From Malacoraja senta (lineage: Eukaryota): a stretch of DNA of 64,000 nt. The DNA lies in NCBI GenBank assembly GCA_038087875.1, contig JAXLNO010000446.1, forward strand, positions 248,001 to 312,000, in the 5' to 3' direction. A program made the translations under genes and the position numbers. The notes under the pieces are model-generated. The model was not told where the DNA came from, did not search any database, and saw nothing but the letters and a program-made list of their open reading frames with translations. This document shows, one piece after another, positions 35,509 to 48,974 of this stretch. Each line of letters begins with the position of its first letter. The stretch's first letter is position 1.

Positions 35509-35789
35509 TAAATGGCTTACCCCTTATTCTTAAACTGTGGCCCCTGTTTCTGGACTTACCCAACATCGGGGGAATCCAGAACCAGGTAAGCAGCATCTCT
35601 GGAGAACATGGATAGGTGACGTTTCACAGAGTGCTGGAGTAACTCAGTGGGTCAGGCAGCATCTCCGACAAACATTGATAGGTAACTTTTGAGGTCGGGA
35701 CCCTTCTTCCAGCTGTGCTTTTTTCTATTTCCACAATTGCTGCCTGATCTGCTGAGTGTTCCCTATAATTAGCATTGCAGGTAGGTCGG

Positions 35790-36605
35790 GTGGTGTGAAT
35801 GCTTTGGGCATGCTGGCATCAGGGACTGAGTATAGAACTTGGGACGTTATGCCACAGTTATACGTAAGATTGGTGAGGCCACATGTAGTATTGTGTTCAG
35901 CTTTGGTCACCCTGCTACAGGAAGGATGTCTAAGGATGGAAAGAGTGCAGAGAAGATTCACGAGGATGTTTCCAGGACTCTAGAGGTCTGAACTACAGGG
36001 AGAGGTTGAGCAGGCTAGGACTTTTTCCTAGGCTTACGTGAGACTGAGGTCTGATCTTATACAGATGTATAAAACCATGAGGGTAATAGACTCAGCAAAA
36101 TTCAGAATCTTTTACCCAGAGTATAGGAATCAAGAACCAATGGAGGAATCAATCATCCCGGGGATGATTGGTTGAATGTATGAGGAGCGTCGGAAGCCTC
36201 TGGGTCTCTCCTCGATGGAGTTTAGATGGATGAGGGGAGATCTGATTGAAACCTCCTGGATAATGAAAGGTCGGTATAGAGTGGAAATGGAACGGCCGTT
36301 TCCAATAGTGGGAGAGTCGAGACTAGAGGGTACTGCCTCTGAATAAAACGATGTACCTTCAAAATGGAGGAGGAGGAATTTCTTTGGTCAGAGGGTGATG
36401 AATCTGTGGAATTCATTGCCACAGACGGCTGTGAATGCCAAGATACTGGGTATTTTTAAGGCAGAGTTTGACAGGGTTGTTGAATAGTAAAGGTGTCTGG
36501 GGTTTAAGTGAGAAGGCAGGACAATGTGATGAAGAGGGAAAAATAGATCAATGATTGAATGATGGAGGATATTCGATGGGTTGTGTAAGCTTGCTCCTAT
36601 GACTT
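35790..36605 (+). mobile_element. Old degenerate CR1 fragments
   Basis: LYVRLVRPH, ERVQRRFTRM and a decayed CR1 3' UTR. Confidence 0.75.
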
Positions 36606-37691
36606 ATGGCCTCATGGTCTGACCAATGGACCTGTTCTGACCTGCCTCAGTTGTCCTGCTGCTTCTCTCTTGGGACGTGAGCTGTCAGCTCCAGCACATG
36701 AATCAATCTGCTGAAAACATTTCTATTTATCGTGGCATTTGTGAGCCGGTTTAACTGAAGAATGCGGTCATTATGTAAGCTGGATTCACAACAGAACTGC
36801 AGAAAAGTACTAACTATGTAACTACTGACAGTATATTTACTTTCAGCTTAACATCCATTAATGAATTACGGGAAAACTAAACAACAAGATAGCCCGTGAC
36901 TAAAATAACAGGGAAAGTGGCCGCGACCTTCAGCTCACTTTATTGTTTCAACTGGTTAGATCCAAGTCAAGAGGAAAAAATGGAAAGTTCTGGAAATATT
37001 CAGCAGCTCAGACAGCAAACTGCAGAGAGCAAAACCATCAATGTTTCAGGTTCATGAATCTTCATGGGGTTGGGCAAGTGAGCAAACATTTCTATAAGTT
37101 ACGGAGAGGAGGAGAAAGGTGAGGAGGACAGATCGGGTGGAGGTTGTGGAAAAGATGGCGGATGCCATGCTTGCCTTCCCGCTGACTGGTTAGCACACGA
37201 CAAAAGCCTCACATCGTACCTCGGTACACGTGACCATAAACGAAACTAAACTGAACAGCTTGCCTTCATCGGTCGAGGTATTGAGTATATGAGTGAATAA
37301 AACAATGTATATGTGGGAGATAGGGTGAATGAAAAGAGTCTTTACAAGAAATAGCCAATAGACAGTAGACAATAGGTGCAGGAGTAGGCCATTCGGCCCT
37401 TCGTGCCAGCAACGCCATGCAATGTGATCATGGCTGATCATCCCCAATCAGTGCCCCAATCAGAAACATAAGTTTCAGGTGAGTGGGTGGTAATAGGAAC
37501 CTGAGGGGCAACATTTTCACACAGAGCATGATGGGTGTATTGAACGAGCTGCCAGAGGAGATAGTGGAGGCAGGGACTATCGCAACGTTTAAGAAACAGT
37601 TACAATGTACATAGATGGGAAAGGTTTGGAGGCATATGGGATAAATGTGGGCAGGTGGGACTAGCATGGAATGGGCATCTTGGTTGGCAGG

Positions 37692-38428
37692 AGTACTGCA
37701 TCTGGGAACACACATTTCAGAGGACCTCACATGGTCCACCAACACCGCTGCGCTGGTCAAGAATGCACAGCAACGACTGTTCTTCCTAAGAACATTGAAA
37801 AAGACTGGTCTGCCCCAACAGCTGCTGACAACCTTCTACCGCTGCACCACAGAGAGCATACTAACGTATGGCATCTCTGTCTGGTATCTCAGCTGCACGG
37901 AGGCAGAGAGGAGATCTCTTCAGCGCATCGTCCACTGGGCGCAGAAGATTATTGGGACACAGCTACCAGCCTTGGAGGGCATCTACTACACACGGTGCCT
38001 CAGGAAGGCCGTCAGCATCCACAAAGACTCCTCACACCCTTGTAATGGACTGTTCGAACTCCTACCTTCCGGCAGACGTTACAAGGCCTACTACGCCCGC
38101 ACCTCCAGACTCAGGAACAGCTTCATCCCCAGAGCTATCGCTGCTCTGAACCGGCCCTGCTGAGTGCCCCCCCCCCCCCCCACCCCCACCCCCACCCCCA
38201 CCCCCACCCCCATGAAGTGTATTCACACACATCGACCCGGCACGGACATATTTGCACTTTAGACTGTTTTACTGGGTTTTTTAAGTTAAAAAAAATAAAT
38301 CATGTTTCTCGGGGTATCTAAATGTTATTAGTTGTTTAAGTTATGACATGGGATGGAAGCCGCGTACCAAATCTCGTTGCACCTATGTGCAATGACAATA
38401 AAATATATGATTATTATTACTATTATTA
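37692..38428 (+). mobile_element. Rex1/Babar LINE 3' fragment with (ATT)n tail
   Basis: HLGTHISEDLTWSTNT...AQQRLFFLRTLKK...FYRCTTESILTYGISVWY...LPSGRRY...RLRNSFIPRAI. Confidence 0.9.
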
Positions 38429-39857
38429 TTTGGAGTATTGCCTGGCGTTTTGGTCTCCACGTCACAGGAGAGATTGCAGAGAGATGCTGGAAAGGTTTAC
38501 CTGCTTGATGCCTAAATTAGAGGCTATTCGCTACCTAGAGTAGTAACAAGGATGGGTGACGTTTCAAGTCGGGACTCTTCTCCAGACTTGGAGCTACTTA
38601 GAGGTTGGACAGACTTAGAATGTTTTTTTCTCGAATGCCAGAGGCTGAGGAGAGACTTGCTGGAAATATATAAATGAATGAGAGGCAAATTCAGAACCTT
38701 TGTCCCAAGAGAGAACTAGATGGGGCTCTTAAAGATAGCGGAGTCAGGGGATATGGGGAGAAGGCAGGAACGGGGTACTGATTGGGGATGATCAGCCATG
38801 ATCACATTGAATGGCGGTGCTGGCTCAAAGGGCCAAATGGCCTACTCCTGCACCTATTGTCTATTGTCTATTGTCTATATCAAATACTGGAGGATGCACC
38901 ACTGAGCGAAAGGGTCAAAGTTTAAAGGAGATATGCAGGACACGTTTTTACACAGAGGGCGGTGAGTTCCTGGAACGCAGTGACAGGGATGGTGGTGGAG
39001 ACAGATAGGGTAGGGCGTTAAAAGGCTCTTAGATAGACACATGGACATGCAGGGAATGATGGGAAATGGATTGTGTGCAGTCAGGTGAGTTTAGTTTAAC
39101 TTGGCATCATGTTCGGCACAGACATTGTGGGCCGAAGGGCTTGTTCCTGTGCTGTACTGTTCTATGCTCTGTGTCGCCCAGATGACACAATGCCTTTGGA
39201 GTTGTCTGGTTAATAAGATTATTCGTGATAGGAGCAGAATTAAGTCAAGTCTACCCCACCATTCAATCATGGCTGATCTATCTCTCCCCCCTCAACCCCA
39301 TTCTCCTGCCTTCTACCCATCACCCTGACACCAGATACTATCTATCTCTGTCTTAAAAATATCCATTGACGGCCTCCACTGCCTTCTGTGGCAAAGAATT
39401 CCACATCTGATGATCGTACTGTGATGAATGCGAGAACTCGTCGAGGGAGTACCAAATAAACGACCAGGCCAAAACTGTAGCTGGCAGAACTCAGAGTGAA
39501 TCTGGCATCACATCTGTTAGGACCTGAGTCAGTTGGGATAACCTGACAACAACATTGGCATAAACAGAGCTGGGTATCTGAAACCTGGAACTGAGGTTAC
39601 AACGTGAGAATACACAGAAGGACACAACGTGCTGGAGTAACTCAGCGAGTGTTATAGACTCATGTAGCACGGAAACAGACCTTCTGATCTAACTCGTCCA
39701 TGCCATCCCAGATGCCCCATCTACACTAGTCCCACCTGCCCACGTACGTTTGGCCCATATCCCTCCATACCTGTCCTATCCACGTACCTGTCCAATCGCT
39801 TCACTCTTACACTTGTGTGTGAGTGTGTTTGTTTATAGTATGATTGCACCAGATTTT

Positions 39858-40147
39858 TAGTTTGGTTTGGAGGTACAATACGGTAAACAGGCCCTTCGGC
39901 CCACCGATTCCACGCCAGCCAGCAATCCCCTCACACTAACGCTATCCTACACACACCAGGGACAATTAAACCGAGCCAATTAACCTACAAACCTGTACGT
40001 CTTTGGAGTGTGGGAGGGAACCGGAGCACCCGGAGGAAAGCTACGCAGGTCACGGGGAGAAGGTACAGACAGCACCCGTAGTCAGGATGGAACCCGGGTC
40101 CCCAGCGCTCCATGCAGCAACTCTACCGCTGCACCACCGTGCTGCCC
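39858..40147 (-). mobile_element. HE1/V-SINE-like SINE
   Basis: Ends gcagcaactctaccgctgcaccaccgtgctgccc (reverse of the tRNA-like head). Confidence 0.85.
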
Positions 40148-40189
40148 ATACACACCAGCGTTTGACTTTGTGCAGACAAAGAGGTGGTA

Positions 40190-40620
40190 TTCGGGGAGGT
40201 TGCCGATGCACAGAGTCCAAGAGAAAGACTAAAGGTTTGCTACAAGGATACGATTAAAAGAGACAAGACATATTCTAACATTGGCACTGACTACAGGGAA
40301 ACAGCTGCCGAGGACTGGGGGAGGTGGAGAAAGGACCTCCAGGTGGGTCTGAAGCACCAGGACTGCAAGTGGTTCAAGACCCTGGAGACCAGGCGCCAAC
40401 ACCACATACTGGTCCACAGCAACACACTCCCCAACCAACGGCCAGAGACAACCTCGCACGTGGGACCTGTAGGAGGGTCTGCTTGTCAAGGACAGGCCTA
40501 GGCAGCCGCTGCAGGAGACGTGACCGTAGATGAAAGATTCCCCTCTCCAAAGAGGTCAACGTCAAACCTGCACCGTCATCTCCTGCAGATGGACAGATGC
40601 CAACAGGATGGACGTTGTAA
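40190..40620 (+). mobile_element. Degenerate RTE 3' fragment
   Basis: FGEVADA...CYKDTIKRD...AAEDWGRWRK; 3' gatggacagatgcca. Confidence 0.65.
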
Positions 40621-41352
40621 CGTAATTGGTCTGCTTGGTAGCTCACCCATTTGCCCCACAGCACATATGGGGTGACCAACCCTCCATGACGACACAAAGG
40701 CCGGTGTTTCTCATGTAGCAACTGCTTTGTTGACATTTCTGTGGGGACCGAGTGTGTGTAACGCAATCCCCTTCCGTCTGAATCATTAGTTCCTTGTGAA
40801 AGGAGGGACCAGGCTATGGACTGAACATGTCTTGTGCTGCCTGGCTGGGAAATGAAACCACCTCATATTTCCAGGAACATTCTGCACAACAGTAGGTTGA
40901 TCCACGAGTGCTGACAACATCCTTGTCAATCTTCCCAGTACTTTCCTACACCGAGGTACACTAAATTGAACACAATACTCGATACGCGGCTACCCCACAG
41001 TCTTGTACAACTGTAACATAACATCTCGACCTCTACACTTAATTATAGACACAAAATGCTGGAGTAACTCAGTGGGACAGGCAGCACCTCTGGAGAGAAG
41101 GTATGTGTGATGTTTGGGGTCGAAACCCTTCTTCAGACCCTCACTCAATTCCCTGACTGATGATGGCCAGCAGGTCAAAAGACTTGGTCACTACCCAGTC
41201 TACCTACGATATCACTTTCACGGAACTTGTCTCGAAAGAAGTGATGCATATAGTTTAACGGTTGCTGTAAACATTTCTCCTTGTTGTCATTTAAAGCTTC
41301 TGAATAGAGGATACCAAGTTGTGGAGATGTACTGACTATGGACTTTGAGTAT

Positions 41353-41623
41353 TGTGTAAGAAAGAACTGCAGATGCTGGAAAAATCGAAGTCAGACAAAA
41401 GTGCTGGAGAAACTCAGCGGGTGAGGCAGCATCTATGGAGCGAAGGAATAGGCGACGTTTTGGGTCGAGACCCTTCTTCAGACTGATGTGATGAAGTCCT
41501 GCCGCCCCCCCCTCCCCCTCCCCACATCAGTCTGAAGTAGGGTCTCGACCCGAAACGTCGCCTATTCTTTCGCACCATAGATGCTACCTCACCCGCTGAG
41601 TTTCTCCAGCATTTCTGTCTACC
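41353..41623. mobile_element. Inverted (palindromic) Penelope pLTR pair with ~15-bp TSD
   Basis: TSD atggactttga(g/a)tat at 41338-41352 and 41624-41638. The arms are reverse complements. Confidence 0.8.
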
Positions 41624-41756
41624 ATGGACTTTGAATATATAATTCAGCAACGAAGGATTTACACATCATTTGGGATGTTGCTGAGCCGTACTCTGAGGCA
41701 TCGTGACAGTAATTTGCCATTAAAATCTTGATGTACCTGTATTATTAATCCCTCTG

Positions 41757-42610
41757 ATACAATGATACAATTTATTTGTTGTCATTTGAACCTAAGTTCA
41801 AACGGAATTTGGTTTCTGCAGTCATACAAACAAGTAAAAAGAACCAAGACACAACACAATTTACACAAACATCCATCACAGTGAATCTCCTCCTCGCTGT
41901 GATGGAAGGCAAAGTCTTGTCTCTCCCCTGCACTCCCCATTCTCCTCCCGATGTCAAAGTCAAAGTCAAAGTCAAAGCCCCCGGCGGGCGAGGGTAAATA
42001 AGTCCCGCGGCCCTTAAAGCCGCGCCGGGCGATATAAGGTCACGCTCCGGGTCTTGATGTTGGAGCCCCCGGTAGCGCTAGCAAGTCCCGCGGCCATTTA
42101 AAGCCGTGCCGGGTGATCTAAGACCCCGCTCCAGGTCATCTTCAACCCCGCAACTCGGGCGGGAGAAGTTGCCGTTGCGGGAGCCCCGAAAAGCGGTCTC
42201 CCACCAGGGACCCGCGAGCTCCCGATGTCACCGTCCACCGGGCCGGCGGCTGGAGCCTCCGAATCTCCGGGGTCAGGCCGCAGCAGCGCGCCACCACAGC
42301 TCCTCCCGTTCCGAACTTGGCCAGCTCCGCGATGGTGAGTAAGTCCGCCGGCTCCGCGATTGGAGCCCCAGGTCGTTCCAGTTGGAGGCCGCTCCACGGT
42401 GCTCAGGCCCCAACGACAACGGAGACCCGACAGAGAAAGGTCGGGTCTCCCGTGCAGGGAAAAGATTTTAAAAGTTTCCCCCACCCCACCCCCCGCCCCC
42501 CCACACATACCCAGTTTAAAAAAACACTATAAACGAAACTCAAACGAAACAAAAAAATAAAAAAGGCAGACGGACTGCAGAGGCCGCTGTGACGTGGGTC
42601 GCACCGCCCA
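41757..42610 (-). mobile_element. Young CpG-rich non-coding retroposon with Rex1-type tail
   Basis: The minus strand ends aatgacaacaaataaattgtatcattgtatc. Possible 7-bp TSD ccctctg (41750-41756 / 42611-42617). A related tail lies at 63800-64000. Confidence 0.65.
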
Positions 42611-42944
42611 CCCTCTGCTTCACGGAGTCGCATTCCAACATCCCTCAGCACACGAACATGTCAGGGCAGAGGTCCACTCAATCAATACGACATATAGATT
42701 GCCTGTCACACACTTACAGACAACGGCATTGACCAAACTGAAAATTCTGGAACGGAATGCCAATAATCCCGTGTTAAGATTTACTGATTCTGCGATGAAA
42801 GATCAGAAAAGTAATCATGGAAGGGTACCGTCAAGCCCAATATTTTTACTCAGTCAAGCTGAGATCCAGATGAATGGTTTCTAACCAGTCAGTGTCTGAA
42901 GAAGGGTCTCGAGCCAAAAGGTCACCCATTCCTTCTCTCCAGAG

Positions 42945-43168
42945 ATCCGCCTTCCCAGCAGTTGCGATGCTCCACGAAGGTCAGCCATCGTCCTCCGCCT
43001 GTTCCACCGTTGAGGTCTTGGTTGGATCGCTCTTTGTCAGAGACCTCCCCCTCGACCTTATCGCCATAGGTGGCCCCACCAGGAGCATAGCTCCAGACGG
43101 CATCGCTCTCAGGATCTCAGGTCCACAGAAGCTTCTCCACCACGACAAGGTGACAATCCACGGAGAAG
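42945..43168 (-). mobile_element. RTE-type 5' UTR fragment (second copy)
   Basis: Reverse complement of the 9088 copy. Confidence 0.6.
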
Positions 43169-43564
43169 TGTGTACATCAATGCCTTTAAGTGTCATGCCA
43201 TTAATTGTATATTTGACCCTTAAATTTGATCTCCTAAGATACAAAATCTCACACTTGTTCAATTTAAACTCCATCTGCCATTTCTCCGCCCATTTCTGTA
43301 GCTGATCTATCTCCCGCTGTGTATTTTGACAGCCTTCCTCACAGGCCGGGACCCCAGCAATCTTGGTGTCACTTACCTCACTAATCAACCCTTCTACGTT
43401 TACATTCAAGTCATTAATATCTATCACAAACGCCAGTGATCATTGCAGAACTCAACAGGTCAGAGAGCTCCAGCCTGAATATTGTCCATCCACCACAAGG
43501 CCCTCCACCATCAGTAAGCCAGTTCTGAACCCATACGACCAAGTCACTGCGAATCCTGTGCATC

Positions 43565-44683
43565 TTGATGTGGATAGAGAACTGGCTGGCAGACAGGAAG
43601 CAAAGAGTAGGAGTAAACGGGTCCTTTTCACAATGGCAGGCAGTGACTAGTGGGGTACCGCAAGGCTCAGTGCTGGGACCCCAGCTATTTACGATATATA
43701 TGAATGATCTGGACGAGGGAATTGAAAGCAACATCTCCAAGTTTGCGGATGACACTAAGCTGGGGGGCAGTGTTAGCTGTGAGGAGGATGCTAGGAGACT
43801 GCAAGGTGACTTGGATAGGCTGGGTGAGTGGGCAAATGTTTGGCAGATGCAGTATAATGTGGATAAATGTGAGGTTATCCACTTTGGTGGCAAAAACGGG
43901 AAGGCAGACTATTATCTAAATGGTGGCCGATTAGGAAATGGGGAGATGCAGCGAGACCTGGGTGTCATGGTACACCAGTCATTGAAAGTAGGCATGCAGG
44001 TGCAGCAGGCAGTGAAGAAAGCGAGTGGTATGTTGGCCTTCATAGCAAGAGGATTTGAGTATAGGAGCAGGGAGGTTCTACTGCAGTTGTACAGGGTCTT
44101 GGTGAGACCACACCTGGAGTATTGCGTACAGTTTTGGTCTCCAAATCTGAGGAAGGACATTATAGCCATAGAGGGAGTGCAGAGAAGGTTCACCAGACTG
44201 ATTCCTGGGATGTCAGGACTTTCATATGAAGAAAGACTGGATAGACTTGGCTTATACTCGCTAGAATTTAGGAGATTGAGAGGGGATCTTATAGAAACGT
44301 ACAAAATTCTTATAGGGTTGGACAGGCTAGATGCAGGAAGATTGTTCCCGATGTTGGGGAAGTCCAGGACAAGGGGTCACAGCTTAAGGATATGGGGGAA
44401 ATCCTTTAAGACCGAGATGAGGAAAAACTTTTTCACACAGAGAGTGGTGAATCTCTGGAACTCTCTGCCACAGAGGGTAGTTGAGGCCAGTTCATTGGCT
44501 ATATTTAAGAGGGAGTTAGATGTGGCCCTTGTGGCTAAGGGGATCAGGGGTATGGAGAGAAGGCAGGTACGGGATACTGAGTTGGATGATCAGCCATGAT
44601 CATATTGAATGGCGGTGCAGGCTCGAAGGGCCGAATGATCTACTCCTGCACCTATTTTCTATGTATCTATGTATCTATGTATC
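43565..44683 (+). mobile_element. Young CR1 LINE 3' portion (RT to 3' UTR)
   Basis: ORF 43565..44599 is highly similar to 34179..35414. Confidence 0.95.
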
Positions 44684-44999
44684 TTAATCTTCTGGAACAG
44701 CCTACCATGAGGGACTTTACTAAAATCTATGTAGAGGTGTGGTCTCACTAGGGCCCTGTACAACTGCAGTAGGACCTCCTTGCTCCTATACTCAAATAAG
44801 CTGTCCAAATGTTTTAAAAACATTTATGGTACATGTGAGGTATTCAGGGTCATTCTTGATTAATACAGATGTCAGGGGATATGGGGAGAAGGCAGGAGAA
44901 TGGGGTTTAGAGGGAAAGACAGATCAGCCATGATTGAATGACTGAGTAGACTTGATGGGCCGAATGGCCTAATACTGCTCCCACTACATGAACATTTAT

Positions 45000-45405
45000 T
45001 ATTCAGATTCAGATTCAGATTCAGGAAACTTTATTGTCTGTCGTAACAGAAAATCTTCTTTGGCGTGGCTCAACATACAAACAGGACAATGTACTGATAA
45101 GCAGTCATACAACACAGATTTCTGCGAGCACACACCGTGTGTATAGATCTTAAAAGCAAGTATAAGGATTAAAAACTGTAAAAATAGACAAGATGAAAGT
45201 TGTGGATACGTGTAAAGTGACAGTGCGTCAGGGTTAATTTGTCCATTGTTCATTTTTTATTTAAGCTGTTTATGGCAATGGGTATGAATGAGTTTTTGTG
45301 GATGTTTTTCTTAGATAGGGGGACTTTATATCGGCGGCCTGATGGCAGAAGTTGGAAGGACTTGTGCAGGGGGTGGGTGGGATCCTGTGTAATGAGGTTG
45401 GCTTT
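45000..45405 (-). mobile_element. Rex1/Babar 3' end with (TCTGAA)n tail
   Basis: Minus frame DPTHPLHKSFQLLPSGRRYKVP...KNSFIP; + strand attcagattcagattcag. Confidence 0.75.
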
Positions 45406-47407
45406 CCTTTTAAATATACCATTAATTGTATATTTTTCCCTTGCATTCTATGTCTCAAACACCTCACACTTGTGCTAGAGATTGTTTCAAGCACCAGGTG
45501 ACGTGAGGCTGTGAGCGTCGGGATGGCCTGATACTAATTGTGTGGGTGTTCGGACCATCGGCAGGCGAGTGGTTAGACATGGGCAGGCCAATGGGGATGT
45601 GTGCAGGAGGCTCACCTGATGATGAGCTGACTTGTGACGAGGGAGGTGACGCGTAATAATACACCTTAATGATGAGGTAACATCACTCACATCAAAAGAG
45701 ATTAGAACACGCGAAAGACTGAAAGATCAAAGTCAAAGAAAAATAAATTGTTGTTGACATTAATATCTTCTGTGAGTTAATGTAAGGGGTGGAAGTTTAC
45801 ACCACAACTATTTACTAGTTTCTTGCTGTGTGCCAAATCTAAAATTCCTCTGTGAAATACAGTAGATTGCTCTTATTGATGTATTCTGTAGACAAAGGGT
45901 GCCTGTTATGAAGCTCTCAAATGCATTAATGCATTTAAAAATACCTTTCAAGCATGCATTTTTGGAAGCAAAGGCATGAGGGACTGACACAAACAGGATG
46001 AATATTAATTTACCCTCGAGCAACAAATCGATCATACTTTCTCTCTTTGCACAGAACTTGCACGCCCATTTCAGTCACTGCTTACCATGTCACTGTTTTC
46101 GCTTGAAGCATTCTTTAAATGCAGGCGGGGCAGGTTTCAAGCAGATGGTGAATGGCTTCTGCCGAATCAAGGGATATGGGGAGAAGGAAGGAACGGGGTA
46201 CTGATTGGGGATGATCAGCCATGATCACATTGAATGGCGGTGCTGGTTTGAAGGGTCGAATGGCCTACTCCTGCACCTATTGTCTATGTTTCTATGTTTC
46301 ATATTTAGTCAGAGTCATACAACATGGAAACCGGCCCTTCGGCCCGACTTGCTCATGCCAACCAGGATGGCCCGTCTACACTAGTCCAACCTGCCCATGT
46401 TTGGCCCATTTTCCTCTAAACCATTCCGACCCATGTATCAGTTCAAATGTCCCACTTTAAATTGTTGTTATAGTACCTGCCTCAACTACCAAAATCATGA
46501 GAGGAATAGATCGGGTCGATGCACAGAGTCTCTTGCCCAGAGTAGGGGAATCGAGGACCAGAGGACATAGGTTCAAGGTGAAGGGAAAAAGATTTAATAG
46601 GACTCCGAGGAGTAACGTTTTCACACTTAGGGTGGTGCGTGTATGGAACGAGCTGCCAGAGGAGGTAGTTGAGGCTGGGACTATCCCATTGTTTAAGAAA
46701 CAGTTAGACAGGTACATGGATAGGACAGGTTTGGAGGGATATGGACCAAGCGCAGGCAGGTGGGACTAGTGTAGCTGGGACATTGTTGGCTGGTGTGGGC
46801 GAGTTGGGCTGAAGGGCATGTTTCCACACTGAATCACTCTATGACTGTATGACCTCCTCTGGCAGTTCGCTCGATACACCCACCACCCTCTACATGAAAA
46901 AGCTGCCCCTCAGGTGCCTATTAATCTTCCCCATCTCACCTTAAACCTATGTCCTCTGGTTCTTGCCTCCTCTACCCTGAGTAAAAGACTCTGTGCAGTC
47001 ACCTTATCTATTCCCCTCATGATTTTATACATCTCTACAAGAACACCCCTCATCCTCCTGTGCTCCAAGGAATCCTAGCCAGCTCAACCTCTCCCCATAG
47101 TTCTGACCATCGAGTTCTGGCAATGTCACTGTAAATCTTCTCTGCACTCTTTCCAGCTGGAGGTCATTCTTGTGCACAAGTTGGTTTTGATAACTTAATC
47201 TTTCTTTAAAAGCTGGGTTAAATATACATTATTTGGGATAGTAACTTTGTTAAAATAAGCTAACAGCAGTAAAAATCTTCTCAGGTTTGAAATTGGCTTT
47301 AGGGTAGAAAGGAAATCCAGATGTTAAGTCTGTGATCTCTGTAGTGTTGGTGATGCCTTTATATAGAGCTGCTGGATATTCCTTCTGGACAACTTTGCTC
47401 TGATTTA

Positions 47408-47674
47408 AGGGCCTGTCCCACTTGGTGATTTTTTCGGCGACTGCTGTCGTCATATCAGGGTCGCCAAAAGATTTAGAACATTTCAAAATCCAGCGGCGAC
47501 AAAAAAAACGTTGTGACACTTGAGGAAACACCGCGCGTCAATACGTCATCACGCCGAGTCACGCCAAGTCACGCCGCATCACGCCGCATCACGCCGCAAA
47601 TTTTTCGGTGACCTCATACATCAGTCAATGATGCCGGCTGTCGCCGAAAAAAATCACCAAGTGGGACAGGCCCT
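47408..47674. mobile_element. PIF/Harbinger-type MITE (267 bp), TTA TSD
   Basis: TIR agggcctgtcccacttggtgattttttcggcgac and its inverse ending ...gtgggacaggccct. TTA at 47405-47407 and 47675-47677. Confidence 0.88.
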
Positions 47675-47704
47675 TTACTGACTGAGATGATTGAGATTGA
47701 GATT

Positions 47705-48115
47705 ACATCGTGTGGTGGACACTGCCCGGTCCATCACGGGTACTCACCTCCCCACCATCGAAGGTCCATCACGGGTACTCACCTCCCCACCATCGAAGGT
47801 CCATCACGGGGACTGACATCCCCACCATCGAAGGGATCTACAGTTGGTGCTGTCTCAAAAAGGCAGCCAGCATCATCAGAGACCCACACCATCCTGGCCA
47901 CGCACTCATCTCACTGCTACCATCGGGAAGAAGTTACAGGAGCCTGAAAACCGTGACCTCCAGGTTCAGGAACAGCTCCGGAAGGTCCCGGCATGCCGTG
48001 CGGGTCATTGCACTTTTATCTGTGATTTGCGCATATATAGTATGGTTTTGCTGGATTGTATGCAAAGCAAAGAATTTCACTGTACCTGGGTAAATGTGAC
48101 AATGAAGTATCGTCA
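47705..48115 (+). mobile_element. Rex1-like 3' fragment with a 36-bp triplication
   Basis: CLKKAASIIRDPHHPGHALISLLPSGRSYRSLKT; ggtccatcacgggtactcacctccccaccatcgaa occurs about 3 times. Confidence 0.75.
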
Positions 48116-48147
48116 TCATCTACTTCTTCCCAGCAACATGTAGGCTA

Positions 48148-48381
48148 CTGAAACACACGGCACACCTGAAACACACCGCACACCTGAAACACACGGCACA
48201 CCTGAAACACACCGCACACCTGAAACACACCACACACCTGAAACACACGGCACACCTGAAACACACGGCACACCTGAAACACACCACACACCTGAAACAC
48301 ACCACACACCTGAAACACACCACACACCTGAAACACACCACACACCTGAAACACACCACACACCTGAAACACACCGCACAC
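48148..48381. repeat. 18-bp minisatellite, about 13 units
   Basis: Unit ctgaaacacac(cg/gg/ca)cacac. Confidence 0.95.
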
Positions 48382-48434
48382 CCACACCTCAACCCGATCC
48401 CTGCAACATTCAACGATGGACTTTGTCTGGGTTG

Positions 48435-48730
48435 TTTAGTTTAGTTTAGAGATACAGCACAGAAACAGGACCTTCGGCCCACCGAGTCCGCGCCGACCAG
48501 CGATCCCCGCTCACTAACACAATTCTACACACATTAGGGACAATTTTACAATTATACCAAGCCAATTAGCCTACAAACGTGAACGTCTTTAGAGTGTGGG
48601 AAGAATCCAGAGCTCCCAGAGAAAACCCACTCAGGTGACGGGGAGAAGGTACAAACTCCGTACAGACAGCACCCGTAGTCAGGATCGAGCCTGGGTCTCT
48701 GGCGCTGTGAGGCAGCAACTCTACCGCTGC
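48435..48730 (-). mobile_element. HE1/V-SINE-like SINE
   Basis: (tttag)n tail and conserved core. Confidence 0.85.
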
Positions 48731-48974
48731 AGTTGCACTATAAACTTCAATTTCCACTATTATGCTCTGGTTACACTGTATTTCTGATCATTTATTGCAT
48801 AATTGATTATTTTATAGTTATTTGTTAAGCTGCTGCAGGTGAGAAAGTCATTGTTTGAGACCTGGTACATATGACAATTAACCACTCTTGTCTTGGCAGT
48901 TGGATTGTTTTGTCTAGACAGTCGGAGGCTGAGGGGAGACCTGATAGAAATGTAGTGTGAAGAGTAGATGGAGT

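Noticed and set aside
41950..42610. CpG island promoter
   Set aside because: It lies within a tailed, probably TSD-flanked retroposon.
47250..47531. 93-aa minus-strand ORF that looks protein-like
   Set aside because: It starts inside the Harbinger MITE and runs into flank; no convincing splice sites or recognisable domain.
48116..48413. Cys/Val-rich repetitive ORFs, or a CRISPR-like array
   Set aside because: A pure 18-bp tandem repeat with no unique spacers.
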